Positions 1 to 10,449 of a DNA stretch of 64,000 nucleotides are shown here, piece after piece. The notes beneath the pieces were generated by a model. That model saw only the letters and a list, made by a program, of their open reading frames with translations. It did no database searches and was not told the origin of the DNA. Numbering within the stretch: position 1 is the first letter of the stretch; each line of letters starts with the position of its first letter. Source of the stretch: Gemmatimonadota bacterium. GTDB taxonomy: Bacteria; Gemmatimonadota; Gemmatimonadetes; Gemmatimonadales; GWC2-71-9. The stretch lies in contig QHTT01000087.1 of assembly GCA_003220935.1 (NCBI GenBank), positions 12,869-76,868 of the forward strand, in the 5' to 3' direction. The translations under genes were made by a program, and so were the position numbers.

Positions 1-1
1 C

Positions 2-823
2 AAGCCGGTGACGCCGGCGACGCGCTTCCGCTCGGTGTCGGACTTCGGGGACATCACGAAGACCGAACCCGAGCGCTCGCTGCTCGAGCCGCTCAGACGC
101 ACGGGCGGGCGCAACAACAAGGGCCATATCACGAGCCGGTATCAGGGCGGCGGGCACAAGCGGCGGTATCGACGCATCGACTTCCGACGCGACAAGTTCG
201 GCGTGCCTGCGAAGGTCGCGAGCGTCGAGTACGACCCCAACCGCACTGCTCGCATCGCGCTGCTGCACTACGCGGACGGCGAAAAGCGCTACATCCTGGC
301 TCCCAAGGGTCTCGCCGTCGGCGACACGGTGGTCTCGGGACCGGGGGCGGACATCCGGATCGGGAATGCAATGCCCCTGTTCGAGATCCCGCTGGGTACG
401 ACGGTGCACAACGTCGAGCTCAAGATCGGGCGCGGCGGTCAGCTGTGCCGCTCGGCGGGCACCGGGGTGCAGGTCGTGGCGAAAGAGGGGAACCACGTCA
501 CCCTGCGGCTCCGCTCCACCGAGATGCGCATGGTGCGCGGCGAGTGCCTGGCCACGATCGGCGAGGTGTCGAACGCCGAGCACGAGCTCTTGTCGGTCGG
601 CAAGGCCGGCAAGAGCCGCTGGCTCGGGCGCCAGCCGCGGGTGCGCGGGGTGGCCATGAACCCCGTCGACCACCCGCTGGGCGGTGGGGAAGGGAAGACG
701 TCGGGTGGCCGGCCGCCGACCTCACCCTGGGGCAAGGTCGAGGGGAAGAAGACGCGGCACAAGAAGAAGCCGTCGACCAAACTCATTGTGCGCGGACGCA
801 AGCGCGGGAAGGCGACACAGTAA
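2..823 (+). CDS. rplB: 50S ribosomal protein L2 (5' end lies before the window)
   Basis: [22 protein letters not shown] and [18 protein letters not shown] motifs; first gene of the S10 cluster order seen here. Confidence 0.98.
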   Translation, partial: KPVTPATRFRSVSDFGDITKTEPERSLLEPLRRTGGRNNKGHITSRYQGGGHKRRYRRIDFRRDKFGVPAKVASVEYDPNRTARIALLHYADGEKRYILAPKGLAVGDTVVSGPGADIRIGNAMPLFEIPLGTTVHNVELKIGRGGQLCRSAGTGVQVVAKEGNHVTLRLRSTEMRMVRGECLATIGEVSNAEHELLSVGKAGKSRWLGRQPRVRGVAMNPVDHPLGGGEGKTSGGRPPTSPWGKVEGKKTRHKKKPSTKLIVRGRKRGKATQ

Positions 824-1141
824 ATGGGACGCAGCGTCAAGAAAGGTCCGTACGTGGAGCCGTCGCTCCTCGTGAAGATCCAGGCTCTGAACGAAAAGAA
901 CGAGAAAAAGGTGTTCAAGACCTGGTCGCGGCGCTCGACGATCACGCCCGACTTCGTGGGCCACACCCTGGCGGTGCACAACGGGAACAAGTTCATCCCA
1001 GTGTACATCACCGAAAACATGGTGGGCCACAAGCTCGGCGAGTTCGCGGCGACGCGGCTGTTCCGTGGGCACAGCGCGAAGGGTTCGGCGGCAGAGCGCG
1101 AGGCCGCGGAGGCCGAAGCCGCTCAGGCGCCGAAGGAGTAG
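824..1141 (+). CDS. rpsS: 30S ribosomal protein S19 with Ala/Glu-rich C-terminal tail
   Basis: [30 protein letters not shown]; synteny. Confidence 0.98.
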   Translation: MGRSVKKGPYVEPSLLVKIQALNEKNEKKVFKTWSRRSTITPDFVGHTLAVHNGNKFIPVYITENMVGHKLGEFAATRLFRGHSAKGSAAEREAAEAEAAQAPKE

Positions 1142-1144
1142 GCG

Positions 1145-1672
1145 ATGGAGGCTCGGGCGATTCAGCGAACCGTCCGCCAGTCGGCGCGTAAGATGCGGCT
1201 CGTCATCGACCAGATCCGCGGTCGCGCGGTCCCGGAGGCGTACGCCATCCTCCGCTTCTCGAAGAAGCTGGCCGCGAAGCAGATCCATAAGGTGCTCAAG
1301 TCGGCCGTCGCCAATGCGGAGCAGCAGGCGCAACGCCAGAACGCTGCGTTCGACGCCGACCGGCTGCGGGTCCGGTACGCGGTCGTGAACGAGGGCCCGA
1401 CCCTCAAGCGCTACACCCAAGCGGCGATGGGCCGCGCCACGCCGATCTTGAAGCGTACCAGCCACGTGGAGATCCACGTAGCGGGCGAGGACGCACCCAT
1501 CGCCCCGCCCGTCAGGGCGGGGACCGCGGAGGCCAAGGCCGGCGCGAAGGCGGAAGCCATAGCCCGGCCCGTAAGGGCCGGGTCTGGGGGCAAGACGAGG
1601 ACCAAACGAACCAAGGCCAAGAAGGCCGGCAAGTCCACGAAGAAGAAGATCAAGAAGAAAGAGGAGAGATAA
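1145..1672 (+). CDS. rplV: 50S ribosomal protein L22 with ~60 aa Ala/Lys-rich C-terminal extension
   Basis: SARKMRLVIDQIRG, VLKSAVANA, KRTSHV; synteny. Confidence 0.96.
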   Translation: MEARAIQRTVRQSARKMRLVIDQIRGRAVPEAYAILRFSKKLAAKQIHKVLKSAVANAEQQAQRQNAAFDADRLRVRYAVVNEGPTLKRYTQAAMGRATPILKRTSHVEIHVAGEDAPIAPPVRAGTAEAKAGAKAEAIARPVRAGSGGKTRTKRTKAKKAGKSTKKKIKKKEER

Positions 1673-2254
1673 GTGGGCCAGAAAACGCATCCCTACGGGT
1701 TGCTGATCCGCAAGTACCTGAAGACGAGGCTGAGCCACGCGGCGATCGCCGACGTGCACATCGAGCGGAAGCCCGGCAAGGTGACGGTCACGGTTCACAC
1801 GGGGCGTCCGGGCGTGGTGATCGGGAAGCGCGGCGCCGAGGTCGACAAGCTGCGCGACGAGCTGGCGCAGCTCACGGGCAAGGAGGTCGGGATCAACGTC
1901 GAGGAGATCAAGCGTCCGGAGCTCGACGCCCAGCTCGTGGGGGACAGTGTGGCGCACCAGCTCACCCAGCGCATCTCGTTCCGCCGCGCGATGAAGCGCG
2001 CCGTGCAGAGCGCGATGCGGATGGGGGCGCAAGGGATCAAGATCAAAACGGCGGGCCGTCTGGGCGGTGCCGAAATCGCGCGCACGGAGGGCTACCACGA
2101 GGGGCGCGTGCCGCTACATACGCTGCGCGCCGACGTGGACTACGCGATCTCGACCGCCAAGACGACCTACGGGACGATCGGCGTCAAGGTGTGGATCTTC
2201 AAAGGCGAGCGCACCGAGGATCTGCACGGTCGCACGTATTCGACGGGCGTCTGA
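1673..2254 (+). CDS. rpsC: 30S ribosomal protein S3, with apparent in-frame internal deletion near the N-terminus
   Basis: [43 protein letters not shown]; the usual FRLG...W.S.W segment is missing. Confidence 0.95.
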   Translation: MGQKTHPYGLLIRKYLKTRLSHAAIADVHIERKPGKVTVTVHTGRPGVVIGKRGAEVDKLRDELAQLTGKEVGINVEEIKRPELDAQLVGDSVAHQLTQRISFRRAMKRAVQSAMRMGAQGIKIKTAGRLGGAEIARTEGYHEGRVPLHTLRADVDYAISTAKTTYGTIGVKVWIFKGERTEDLHGRTYSTGV

Positions 2255-2263
2255 GGGGGAGCC

Positions 2264-2677
2264 ATGCTCGCGCCGAAACGGGTCAAGTTTCGCAAGCGGT
2301 TCAAGGGCCGCACCAAAGGGATGGCAACGCGCGGCAACACCGTCGCGTTCGGCCACTACGGGCTGATGGCGCTCGAGCCGGGGTGGATCAGCAATCGGCA
2401 GATCGAGGCATCGCGCGTGGCGCTGACGCGAGAGATGAAGCGCGGTGGCAAAGTCTGGATCCGGCTGTTTCCGGACAAGCCGATTACCAAGAAGCCGGCC
2501 GAGACGCGGATGGGGAAGGGGAAGGGCAACCCCGAGGGCTGGGTGGCCGTGGTGAAGCCGGGGCGGGTGATGTTCGAGGTGGAGGGGATCGCCGAGCACC
2601 TGGCGCGCGAGGCGCTCGAGCTGGCCGCGGCCAAGCTGCCGGTCAAGTCGAAGTTCGTGAAGCGGGAGGAGCGGTAG
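2264..2677 (+). CDS. rplP: 50S ribosomal protein L16
   Basis: [27 protein letters not shown]. Confidence 0.98.
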   Translation: MLAPKRVKFRKRFKGRTKGMATRGNTVAFGHYGLMALEPGWISNRQIEASRVALTREMKRGGKVWIRLFPDKPITKKPAETRMGKGKGNPEGWVAVVKPGRVMFEVEGIAEHLAREALELAAAKLPVKSKFVKREER

Positions 2678-2678
2678 G

Positions 2679-2879
2679 ATGGCGCGGCAGAAGCCCGATG
2701 CGTTACGGGAGCTCAAGACCGAAGAGCTCGAGCAGAAGCTCGCGGTGCTCGTGGAGGAGCGGTTCCGCCTGACGTTCCGGCGCGGGACGGAGGCGATCGC
2801 CAACCCGCTGCAGTTCCGCGCGATGCGTCGCGACATCGCCCGGATCCAGACCATTCTGCGCGAGAGGAAGCAGGCATGA
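2679..2879 (+). CDS. rpmC: 50S ribosomal protein L29
   Basis: 66 aa, LRELKTEEL and [13 protein letters not shown]; position between rplP and rpsQ. Confidence 0.95.
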   Translation: MARQKPDALRELKTEELEQKLAVLVEERFRLTFRRGTEAIANPLQFRAMRRDIARIQTILRERKQA

Positions 2880-3124
2880 GGGGGCGTCGCAAGGTCCGCA
2901 CGGGCGTGGTAGTGAGCGACAAGATGCAGCAGACCGTGACGGTCTCGCTGGTCCGCCGCTTCGCGCATGGGTTCTACGGCAAGCAGATAGTTCGGACCAA
3001 ACAGGTCGCGGCCCACAACGACAAGGGTGCGAAGCAGGGCGACACCGTGCGGATCGTGGAGACGCGACCGCTCTCGAAGACGAAGCGGTGGCGCGTGGTC
3101 GAAGTCGTCGAGCGCGCGCGCTAA
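2876..3124 (+). CDS. rpsQ: 30S ribosomal protein S17
   Basis: GVVVSDKM, GDTVRIVETRPLSKTKRW. Confidence 0.97.
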   Translation: MRGRRKVRTGVVVSDKMQQTVTVSLVRRFAHGFYGKQIVRTKQVAAHNDKGAKQGDTVRIVETRPLSKTKRWRVVEVVERAR

Positions 3125-3139
3125 GGGCCGGGGGGGACC

Positions 3140-3508
3140 GTGGTGCAGCAGGAAACGATACTAAAGATCGCCGACAACTCGGGGGCCCGGAGCGCCCTCG
3201 TGATCCGGGTGCTCGGCGGCTCGAAACGCCGCTACGGCGGGCTGGGCGACATCGTCGTCGTCACGATCAAGGACGCCATCCCCACGGGCCAGATCAAGAA
3301 GGGCGAGGTCGCGAAAGCGGTGATCGTGCGCACGGCGAAGGAGACCAGGCGCAAGGACGGCTCGTACATCCGATTCGACGAGAATGCCGCCGTGCTGATC
3401 ACCGATCAGGGCGAGCCCCGCGCCACGCGCATCTTCGGGCCGGTGGGCCGCGAGCTGCGCGAGAAGCGGTTCATGAAGATCGTGTCGCTCGCGCCGGAGG
3501 TGATCTGA
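3140..3508 (+). CDS. rplN: 50S ribosomal protein L14
   Basis: [29 protein letters not shown]. Confidence 0.98.
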   Translation: MVQQETILKIADNSGARSALVIRVLGGSKRRYGGLGDIVVVTIKDAIPTGQIKKGEVAKAVIVRTAKETRRKDGSYIRFDENAAVLITDQGEPRATRIFGPVGRELREKRFMKIVSLAPEVI

Positions 3509-3509
3509 G

Positions 3510-3896
3510 ATGCGGACGCTGGTCTACCGCAAGAGCCGCCGCGAGCGGGGCCGCGAGCCCGAGCGCCACAAGCTCCACGTCGCCAAGGGCGACACGGTGC
3601 GGGTCATCCGCGGCGAGCATCGGGGTAAGGAAGGCAAGGTGCTACGCGTGCATCCCAAGCAATTCCGGATCGTGGTGGAGGGCGTGAACGTCGTGAAGAA
3701 GCACAAGCGCGCCACCGGCGCCCCCGGGAGCGAGAGCGGCATCATCGAGTTCCCCGCACCCATCGCCGCGTCCAACGTGATGCTCCTCGACCCGAAGTCG
3801 GGCGAGCCCACGCGCGTCCGGCGGCGGCTTGACAAGGACGGGACGGTGGAGCGGATCGCGGTCAAGTCCGGCCAGCCGATCCCGCGGGTGAGGTAG
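3510..3896 (+). CDS. rplX: 50S ribosomal protein L24 with basic N-terminal extension
   Basis: KOW motif [29 protein letters not shown]. Confidence 0.96.
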   Translation: MRTLVYRKSRRERGREPERHKLHVAKGDTVRVIRGEHRGKEGKVLRVHPKQFRIVVEGVNVVKKHKRATGAPGSESGIIEFPAPIAASNVMLLDPKSGEPTRVRRRLDKDGTVERIAVKSGQPIPRVR

Positions 3897-3898
3897 GG

Positions 3899-4750
3899 AT
3901 GCTAGAGAAGAAGGAACGGAGCGAGTCCGAGTCGACCAACCCCGGGGCCGTGCCTCGGGGTGACGAGCCGGCAGCCGCGTCGACCGACCCCGAGGCCAAG
4001 CCCCAGGGCGAAGCGCCCGGCACGGCGGACTCCGCAGCGGCGCCCCAGACCGAGCCGCAGGCTGCGGTGGAGCCCAAGCCCGAGAAGCCGGCGAAGTCGC
4101 AGAAGAAGGACAAGAAGGCCAAACAGGCGGGCGAGGGGAAAGAGCGGCCGGTGACGGAGCCGGCCGGTCCGCCGCCCGAGCCGGCGCCGCGTCCTCGCCT
4201 GCTGGAGCACTACGAGCAGCGGGTGCGCCCCAAGCTCGCGCAGCAGTTCGGCCTCGGAAACACGCACCAGATCCCGAAGCTCATGAAGATCGTGCTCAAC
4301 GTCGGGATGGGGGACGCGCCCAAGAATCCGAAGGGTCTGGAAGCGGCCGCGGCCGAGCTCGCGGCGATTACCGGCCAGCACGCCGTCGTGACGCGGGCCA
4401 AGAGGTCGGTCGCGAACTTCAATCTCCGGCAGGGGATGGCGATCGGCTGCGCGGTGACGCTGCGCGGGGCGCGGATGTACGAGTTCCTGGACCGGTTCAT
4501 CAGCATCGCGGTGCCGCGCATGCGCGACTTCCGTGGGCTGTCGCCGGACAGCTTCGACGGTCGGGGGAACTACACGATCGGGATCAAGGAACAGATGATC
4601 TTCCCCGAGATCGACTACGACAAGGTCGAGAAGATCCACGGGATGGATATCACGCTCGTCACGAGCGCCGGCCGGGACGACACGGCCCGGGCCCTGCTCC
4701 GCGAGCTGGGAATGCCCTTCCGGGGCGAAGCCCCGGTCGCCGTCAACTAG
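3899..4750 (+). CDS. rplE: 50S ribosomal protein L5 with ~95 aa low-complexity N-terminal extension
   Basis: [43 protein letters not shown]. Confidence 0.96.
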   Translation: MLEKKERSESESTNPGAVPRGDEPAAASTDPEAKPQGEAPGTADSAAAPQTEPQAAVEPKPEKPAKSQKKDKKAKQAGEGKERPVTEPAGPPPEPAPRPRLLEHYEQRVRPKLAQQFGLGNTHQIPKLMKIVLNVGMGDAPKNPKGLEAAAAELAAITGQHAVVTRAKRSVANFNLRQGMAIGCAVTLRGARMYEFLDRFISIAVPRMRDFRGLSPDSFDGRGNYTIGIKEQMIFPEIDYDKVEKIHGMDITLVTSAGRDDTARALLRELGMPFRGEAPVAVN

Positions 4751-4761
4751 GGGACCACGGT

Positions 4762-4947
4762 ATGGCGAAGCAATGCTGGATCGAGAGGGTCAAGCGGAAA
4801 CCCAAGTTCAAGGTGCGCGGCTACTACCGGTGCCAGCGGTGCGGCCGCAGTCGCGGCACGCTGCGGAAGTTCAAACTGTGCCGCATCTGCTTCCGCGATC
4901 TGGCGCTGCGCGGGGAGATTCCCGGCGTGCGCAAGGCCAGTTGGTAA
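4762..4947 (+). CDS. rpsN: 30S ribosomal protein S14, zinc-binding type
   Basis: 61 aa; RCQRCGR and LCRICFR (two CxxC); [11 protein letters not shown]. Confidence 0.96.
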   Translation: MAKQCWIERVKRKPKFKVRGYYRCQRCGRSRGTLRKFKLCRICFRDLALRGEIPGVRKASW

Positions 4948-4963
4948 CAGGACGGAAGGCGAG

Positions 4964-5359
4964 ATGAGCGTGATTGATCCGGTCGCCGACATGCTGACCC
5001 GCGTGCGCAACGCCTGCCAGGCAGGCCACCGCCGTGTCGACATGCCGGTATCGAAGCTGAAGGTCGAGATCGCCCGGCTGCTGCGCGACAACCATTACAT
5101 CCAGGACTTCAAGGTGCTGGACGATGGGCGTCACGGGCTGCTCCGGCTGTACCTCAAGTACCACAACGACGCCCCGGTGATCCGCGAGCTCCAGCGCGTC
5201 TCCGCGCCCGGCCTGCGGCGCTACGTCAAGGCGCGCGAGATCCCGCGCGTAAAGAACGGCCTGGGGATGGCAATCCTCTCCACGCCGCAGGGTTTGATGA
5301 CGGACCGCGAAGCCCGCACCGCCCGCGTCGGCGGCGAGCTGCTCGCGGTGGTCTGGTAG
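4964..5359 (+). CDS. rpsH: 30S ribosomal protein S8
   Basis: [30 protein letters not shown]. Confidence 0.98.
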   Translation: MSVIDPVADMLTRVRNACQAGHRRVDMPVSKLKVEIARLLRDNHYIQDFKVLDDGRHGLLRLYLKYHNDAPVIRELQRVSAPGLRRYVKAREIPRVKNGLGMAILSTPQGLMTDREARTARVGGELLAVVW

Positions 5360-5368
5360 GAGGCCGGC

Positions 5369-5914
5369 ATGTCGCGCATCGGGAGGAAACCCGTAGCACT
5401 GCCCCCGGGGGTCACCGCCCAAGTCGAAGGCCGGACGATCACGGTCAAGGGGCCGAAGGGCGAGATCAGCCGGACGATCCACGCGGAGCTCACCGTGGGG
5501 CTCGAGGACAACGCCGTCGTGGTGCGGCGACCCTCGGACGAAAGCCGGCATAAGGCGCTGCACGGGCTCACCCGTACGCTCGTTGCCAACATGGTGGACG
5601 GCGTGACGAAGGGCTTCGCGAAGTCGCTCGAGATTCAGGGCGTCGGTTACAAGGCGGAGTCCAAGCCGTTCGGGGTGCAGCTAGTGGTGGGCTTCTCCCA
5701 TCCGGTGCCGTATCACGCGCCGCAAGGGATCAAGATCTCGGTGGACAACAACGTCCTGGTGAAGATCGAGGGCGTCGACAAGGAGCTGGTGGGGCAGGTG
5801 GCGGCTGAGCTCCGCGCCATCCGGCCCCCCGAGCCGTACAAGGGCAAGGGGATCCGCTACGTGGGCGAGCAGGTCCGGCGCAAGGCCGGCAAGACCGCCC
5901 AGGCGGCCAAGTAA
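5369..5914 (+). CDS. rplF: 50S ribosomal protein L6
   Basis: [22 protein letters not shown]. Confidence 0.98.
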   Translation: MSRIGRKPVALPPGVTAQVEGRTITVKGPKGEISRTIHAELTVGLEDNAVVVRRPSDESRHKALHGLTRTLVANMVDGVTKGFAKSLEIQGVGYKAESKPFGVQLVVGFSHPVPYHAPQGIKISVDNNVLVKIEGVDKELVGQVAAELRAIRPPEPYKGKGIRYVGEQVRRKAGKTAQAAK

Positions 5915-5917
5915 GTC

Positions 5918-6289
5918 ATGCGATCGACCCACAAAGTCAGGACGCGCGAGGACCGCCGCCACCAGCGGCATCTGCGGGTGCGCCACAAGGTGTCGGGCTC
6001 ATCGGGGCGGCCGAGGCTCGTCGTGTTCCGCTCCTCGAAGCACATCTACGCCCAGATCGTGGACGACACGCGCGGCGTCACGCTCGTGGGAGCGGCGGAC
6101 CGCTCGGAGGGGGTCACGGTCGAGGGGAAGGGCAAGACAGCGCGCAGCTTCGCGCTGGGGCAGCTCGTCGCCCGCAAGGCGAAGGAGAAGGGCATCACCA
6201 AGGTCGTGTTCGATCGTGGGGGCTACCAGTACCACGGGCGTGTCAAAGCGGTGGCCGATGGCGCCCGCAAGGGCGGATTGGAGTTCTGA
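5918..6289 (+). CDS. rplR: 50S ribosomal protein L18
   Basis: [32 protein letters not shown]. Confidence 0.98.
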   Translation: MRSTHKVRTREDRRHQRHLRVRHKVSGSSGRPRLVVFRSSKHIYAQIVDDTRGVTLVGAADRSEGVTVEGKGKTARSFALGQLVARKAKEKGITKVVFDRGGYQYHGRVKAVADGARKGGLEF

Positions 6290-6933
6290 TGGCGACAGAT
6301 CAGGAGCGCGTCGTGCCGCCGGCGGCTGCGCCTGCGGGCACGCCGGGGATGGGCGAAGAGGCCGAAACGGCGCATGCGGGCGGCGAGGCGGCGGCGGTGC
6401 AGGAGCGGCCCCCTAGCGGGGGTGGGGGGGGAGGACGCGGGGGTGGGGGAGGCGGCGGACGCGGTCGCGGTCGCGGGCGGGGCGGGGGGCGGCGCTTCGG
6501 GTTCAACGCGCTGGTCGCCGTCGGCGATGGACAGGGACGGGTCGGCGTCGCGACCGGCAAGGCCAACGAAGTGAGCGAGGCGGTGCGCAAAGCCGTGGAA
6601 GCCGCGCGCCGGCGCATGATGGAAGTGCCGCTCACAGGCGGCACGATCCCGCACGAGATCGTGGGGGACCACGGCGCGGGACGCGTGCTCTTGAAACCCG
6701 CCGCGACGGGGACCGGCGTGATCGCAGGCGGCCCGGTGCGGGCCGTTCTCGAGTGCGCGGGCGTGCGCGATATTCTCACGAAGAGCCTCGGCTCGACCAA
6801 CCCCCACAACATGGTGCGCGCGACGATCGACGCGTTGCAGCACCTGACCACGCAGCGGCGGGTGGCCAAAGAGCGCGGCGTCGAGGTCGAGGCGATCCAC
6901 TACCGGCCGCGACAGGGGGCGACCCGTGGCTAG
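6289..6933 (+). CDS. rpsE: 30S ribosomal protein S5 with Gly/Arg-rich N-terminal extension and apparent internal deletion
   Basis: [33 protein letters not shown]; the conserved NRV.KV.K segment before GGRRF is absent. Confidence 0.95.
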   Translation: MATDQERVVPPAAAPAGTPGMGEEAETAHAGGEAAAVQERPPSGGGGGGRGGGGGGGRGRGRGRGGGRRFGFNALVAVGDGQGRVGVATGKANEVSEAVRKAVEAARRRMMEVPLTGGTIPHEIVGDHGAGRVLLKPAATGTGVIAGGPVRAVLECAGVRDILTKSLGSTNPHNMVRATIDALQHLTTQRRVAKERGVEVEAIHYRPRQGATRG

Positions 6934-7192
6934 GAAGCCGCCCACCCGGAAGTACCGCAAGCGCAAGCGCGGCGTGGACCGGCCGCTGCCGCCCGCGGGG
7001 ACGGGCGACCTGTGCATCAGGCAAGTGCACTCCGGCATCGGTCGACCGGCGCTCGAGCGGCGCACGCTCGAAGCGCTGGGGCTCAAGCATCATCAGGACG
7101 CCGTCGTGAAGCACGATCACCCGGCGCTCCGCGGCATGCTCCAGCAGGTGCGCCACCTCGTCATGGTGACGCCCGCGAAGGAAGGGAAGTAG
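6926..7192 (+). CDS. rpmD: 50S ribosomal protein L30 with basic N-terminal extension
   Basis: [26 protein letters not shown]; synteny. Confidence 0.92.
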   Translation: MARKPPTRKYRKRKRGVDRPLPPAGTGDLCIRQVHSGIGRPALERRTLEALGLKHHQDAVVKHDHPALRGMLQQVRHLVMVTPAKEGK

Positions 7193-7196
7193 GCGA

Positions 7197-7769
7197 ATGG
7201 CGCCGATCAAGCGGAAGTCGAAGACGATAGGGCGGGGGGGGCGGGGGGGGCAGAGGGGGCTGGGGGGCCGGACGAAAGCGAAGCCGCAGGCGAGGCCGCG
7301 GGCCAAAGCGAAACCGGTCACGGCGCAGCGGGTGGTGCTGCACGGCCTGCGGCCCCCCGTGGGCTCGCACCGTGCCCGCATCCGCAAGGGGCGCGGCCCC
7401 GGCTCGGGGATCGGCAAGACCGCCGGCCGGGGGGGCAAAGGTCAGACCGCGCGCTCGGGCGGCCAGACCCGGCCTGGGTTCGAGGGCGGCCAGATGCCGC
7501 TCATCCGCCGCATCCCGAAGCGCGGCTTCACGAACCCGTTTAAGCAGCCCGCGCAGGTGGTGAACGTCCGTCACTTGGGAGAGCTGGCCGAGGGTGTCGA
7601 GGTCACGCCGGAGACGCTGTTCGGCGCCGGACTGGTGCGCCGGCCGGACCGGCCGATCAAGCTGCTCGGCATGGGCGACGTGGGTCGCAAGTTCACCGTC
7701 AAGGGTGTGACCGTGTCCGCCTCCGCACGGGTGAAGATCGAGCAGGCGGGCGGCACGATCGCGAGCTGA
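7197..7769 (+). CDS. rplO: 50S ribosomal protein L15 with ~45 aa N-terminal extension
   Basis: GRGPGSGIGKTAGRGGKGQ, GFEGGQMPLIRRIPKRGF. Confidence 0.96.
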   Translation: MAPIKRKSKTIGRGGRGGQRGLGGRTKAKPQARPRAKAKPVTAQRVVLHGLRPPVGSHRARIRKGRGPGSGIGKTAGRGGKGQTARSGGQTRPGFEGGQMPLIRRIPKRGFTNPFKQPAQVVNVRHLGELAEGVEVTPETLFGAGLVRRPDRPIKLLGMGDVGRKFTVKGVTVSASARVKIEQAGGTIAS

Positions 7770-7772
7770 CCT

Positions 7773-9092
7773 GTGACGGCACCCCAGATCCCCAACCTGT
7801 TCAAGGTCCCGGAGCTGAAGGAGAAGATCCTCTTCACGCTCCTGTGCCTTTTCATCTACCGGCTGGGCGCGCATATCGCGACCCCGGGCGTCAACGTGCA
7901 GGCGCTGGCCGACTTCCTGAAGAACGCCGGCCAGGGCACCCTGTTCAGCTTGTACGACCTGTTCGCGGGCGGCGGCTTCTCGCGCGCCACGGTGTTCGCG
8001 CTGGGGATCATGCCCTACATCTCGGCGAGCATCGTGTTCCAGCTCGCGGCCCCGGTGTTCCCGGTCGTGGAAAAGATGCAGCGCGACGAGGAGGGGCGGA
8101 AAACCCTCACGCAGTGGACGCGCTACCTCACGGTGCTGCTGTGCCTCTTTCAGTCGTACGGCTACGCGCTGTTCGCCGAGCAGCTCCCCGGCGCGGTCGC
8201 GCACCCCGGGTGGGCCTTCCGCATGACCACGGTGCTCACACTGTCCACCGGCGGCGTGTTCATCATGTGGCTGGGCGAGCAGATCACGGAACGGGGCATC
8301 GGCAACGGCGCGAGCCTCTTGATCTTCTTTTCGATCGTCGAGCGCATCTGGCCCGAGACGCTGCGGACCCTCGAGGCGTTGCGGGCCCGCTCGCTCACGG
8401 TCCCCGTTCTCTTCATCGTGCTCGGCATCATGGTGCTCGTCGTGGCGGGGACGGTCGCGGTGACGGTGGCGGCGCGCCGTATTCCGATCCAGATTCCCCG
8501 CAAGGTCATGGGACGGGGACGGATCCGCGAGGGGCAAAAGACGTTCATCCCGCTGCGCATCAACTCGTCGGGCGTGATGCCCATCATCTTCGCCCAATCG
8601 CTGATCATCGTGCCGGGCACCATCGCCACCTTCTCAGGCAACCCGACCTTGAAGCATCTGGCCGAGTACTTCAACACCACCTCGCCCCTCTACGTCCTCA
8701 CGAACGCGGTGCTGATCATCTTTTTCGCGTATTTCTACACCTCCATCATCTTCAACCCGGTGGATTTGGCGGAGAACTTGAAGAAGCAGGGCGGCTTCAT
8801 TCCGGGCGTGAAACCCGGCGCGGCCACCGCCGATTATATCGACGACGTGCTGTCGCGGATCACGCTCCCGGGCGCGATCTTCCTCACGATCGTCGCGATG
8901 CTGCCCATCGTCGTGTCCAACGTTCTCAACATGCCGTTCGGCTTCGGCGGCACGGCGTTGCTGATCGTGGTGGGCGTGGCCCTCGACACGGTGCAGCAGG
9001 TGCAGCAGCATCTCCTGCTGCGGCATTACGACGGGTTCATGCGGGGCGGGGGACCCGGGAGCGGCACCAGCCGCGTGCGGTTCCGGCGCTGA
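7773..9092 (+). CDS. secY: Preprotein translocase subunit SecY
   Basis: LGIMPYISASI, WLGEQITERGIGNG, GGFIPG, FGGTALLIVVGV; ~10 hydrophobic segments. Confidence 0.98.
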   Translation: MTAPQIPNLFKVPELKEKILFTLLCLFIYRLGAHIATPGVNVQALADFLKNAGQGTLFSLYDLFAGGGFSRATVFALGIMPYISASIVFQLAAPVFPVVEKMQRDEEGRKTLTQWTRYLTVLLCLFQSYGYALFAEQLPGAVAHPGWAFRMTTVLTLSTGGVFIMWLGEQITERGIGNGASLLIFFSIVERIWPETLRTLEALRARSLTVPVLFIVLGIMVLVVAGTVAVTVAARRIPIQIPRKVMGRGRIREGQKTFIPLRINSSGVMPIIFAQSLIIVPGTIATFSGNPTLKHLAEYFNTTSPLYVLTNAVLIIFFAYFYTSIIFNPVDLAENLKKQGGFIPGVKPGAATADYIDDVLSRITLPGAIFLTIVAMLPIVVSNVLNMPFGFGGTALLIVVGVALDTVQQVQQHLLLRHYDGFMRGGGPGSGTSRVRFRR

Positions 9093-9096
9093 GCCC

Positions 9097-9660
9097 TTGT
9101 TCGTCCTCCTGCTCGGCGCGCCGGGGTCCGGTAAGGGCACCCAGGGCAAGATTCTGGCAGAGCGCTTGGGCCTTCGCAAAATCACCACTGGGGACATCCT
9201 CCGCGCCGCCGTGAGGGAAGGCACCCCGCTCGGCCGCCAGGCGAAGAAGTACATGGACGACGGCAAGCTCGTCCCCGACAGCGTGATCCTCGGTCTCATC
9301 AAGGAAGAGCTCGCGAATCCCGACGCGAAGGACGGTGCCATCTTCGACGGCTTCCCGCGCACCGCCGCGCAGGCAGAGCTGGTTGACACCACGCTGGGCG
9401 AGCACGGCCAGCGCCTCAATCGCGTTTTGCTGCTCGACGTGCCGGAGGAAGAGCTGCTGCGCCGCTTGACGGGCCGCGCCGCCCAGGAGGGGCGCTCGGA
9501 CGACACGCCCGCGGCGATCCAGACCCGCCTCCAGGTGTACCAGCGCGATACCGCGCCCCTCGTGGCCCACTACGTCGAGCGTGGCATCGTGCATCGCGTG
9601 CCCGGCAGCGGGCCGGTCGACGCGATCGCGACGGAGATCCAGCGCATCCTCGGGCGATGA
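9097..9660 (+). CDS. adk: Adenylate kinase (short form without LID domain)
   Basis: GAPGSGKGTQ P-loop, DGFPRT, GRSDD; follows secY. Confidence 0.96.
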   Translation: MFVLLLGAPGSGKGTQGKILAERLGLRKITTGDILRAAVREGTPLGRQAKKYMDDGKLVPDSVILGLIKEELANPDAKDGAIFDGFPRTAAQAELVDTTLGEHGQRLNRVLLLDVPEEELLRRLTGRAAQEGRSDDTPAAIQTRLQVYQRDTAPLVAHYVERGIVHRVPGSGPVDAIATEIQRILGR

Positions 9661-10418
9661 TCACCCTTAAGTCGCCACGGGAGATCGAGACGATGGCCGC
9701 GGCCGGCCGCATCGTCGCGGGAACGCTCGCGTTGGTGCAGCGCCACGTCCGTCCCGGCGTCTCCACGGAGGAGCTAGACCGCCTCGCGGAGGACTTCATC
9801 CGCTCCCACCCCGGCGCACGGCCCTCGTTCAAGGGGCTCTACGACTTCCCGGCGACGCTCTGCACCTCGATCAACGCCGAGGTCGTCCACGGGATCCCAT
9901 CGGCGAAGCGGATTCTGCGGGAAGGGGACCTGCTGAGCGTGGATGTGGGCGTGTGGCTCGAGGGGCTGCACGCCGACGCCGCCGCCACGTTTGCCGTCGG
10001 GAAGGTCGCGTCGGGCGTCGAGCGACTGCTGCAGGTCACGCAGGACGCGCTCGCCGCGGGCGTCGCTCAGGCGCGCGCGGGCAACCACGTGGGCGACATC
10101 GGGCATGCCGTGCAACAGGTGGCGGAGGCAGCGGGCTACTCGGTGGTGCGGGAGCTGGTGGGGCACGGGATCGGCTCCTCCTTCCACGAGGAGCCCCAAG
10201 TGCCGAACTACGGCAAGCCGAAGCGCGGCGCGCGCCTGATGCCCGGCATGACGATCGCCATCGAGCCGATGGTGAACGTCGGGGGTCCCGATATCCGGAC
10301 GCTCGACGACAAGTGGACGGTCGTCACGCAGGACGGGTCGCTCTCGGCACACTTCGAGCACACGGTAGCGGTGCTGGCCGACGGAGGGCCGCCCCGCATC
10401 CTCACGACGGCGGACTGA
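9657..10418 (+). CDS. map: Methionine aminopeptidase type I
   Basis: VVHGIPS, GHGIG..FHEEP, IEPM, SAHFEHTV. Confidence 0.97.
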   Translation: MITLKSPREIETMAAAGRIVAGTLALVQRHVRPGVSTEELDRLAEDFIRSHPGARPSFKGLYDFPATLCTSINAEVVHGIPSAKRILREGDLLSVDVGVWLEGLHADAAATFAVGKVASGVERLLQVTQDALAAGVAQARAGNHVGDIGHAVQQVAEAAGYSVVRELVGHGIGSSFHEEPQVPNYGKPKRGARLMPGMTIAIEPMVNVGGPDIRTLDDKWTVVTQDGSLSAHFEHTVAVLADGGPPRILTTAD

Positions 10419-10449
10419 CGTCGCTGCAATGGCGCAGCGTGCCGCACCG

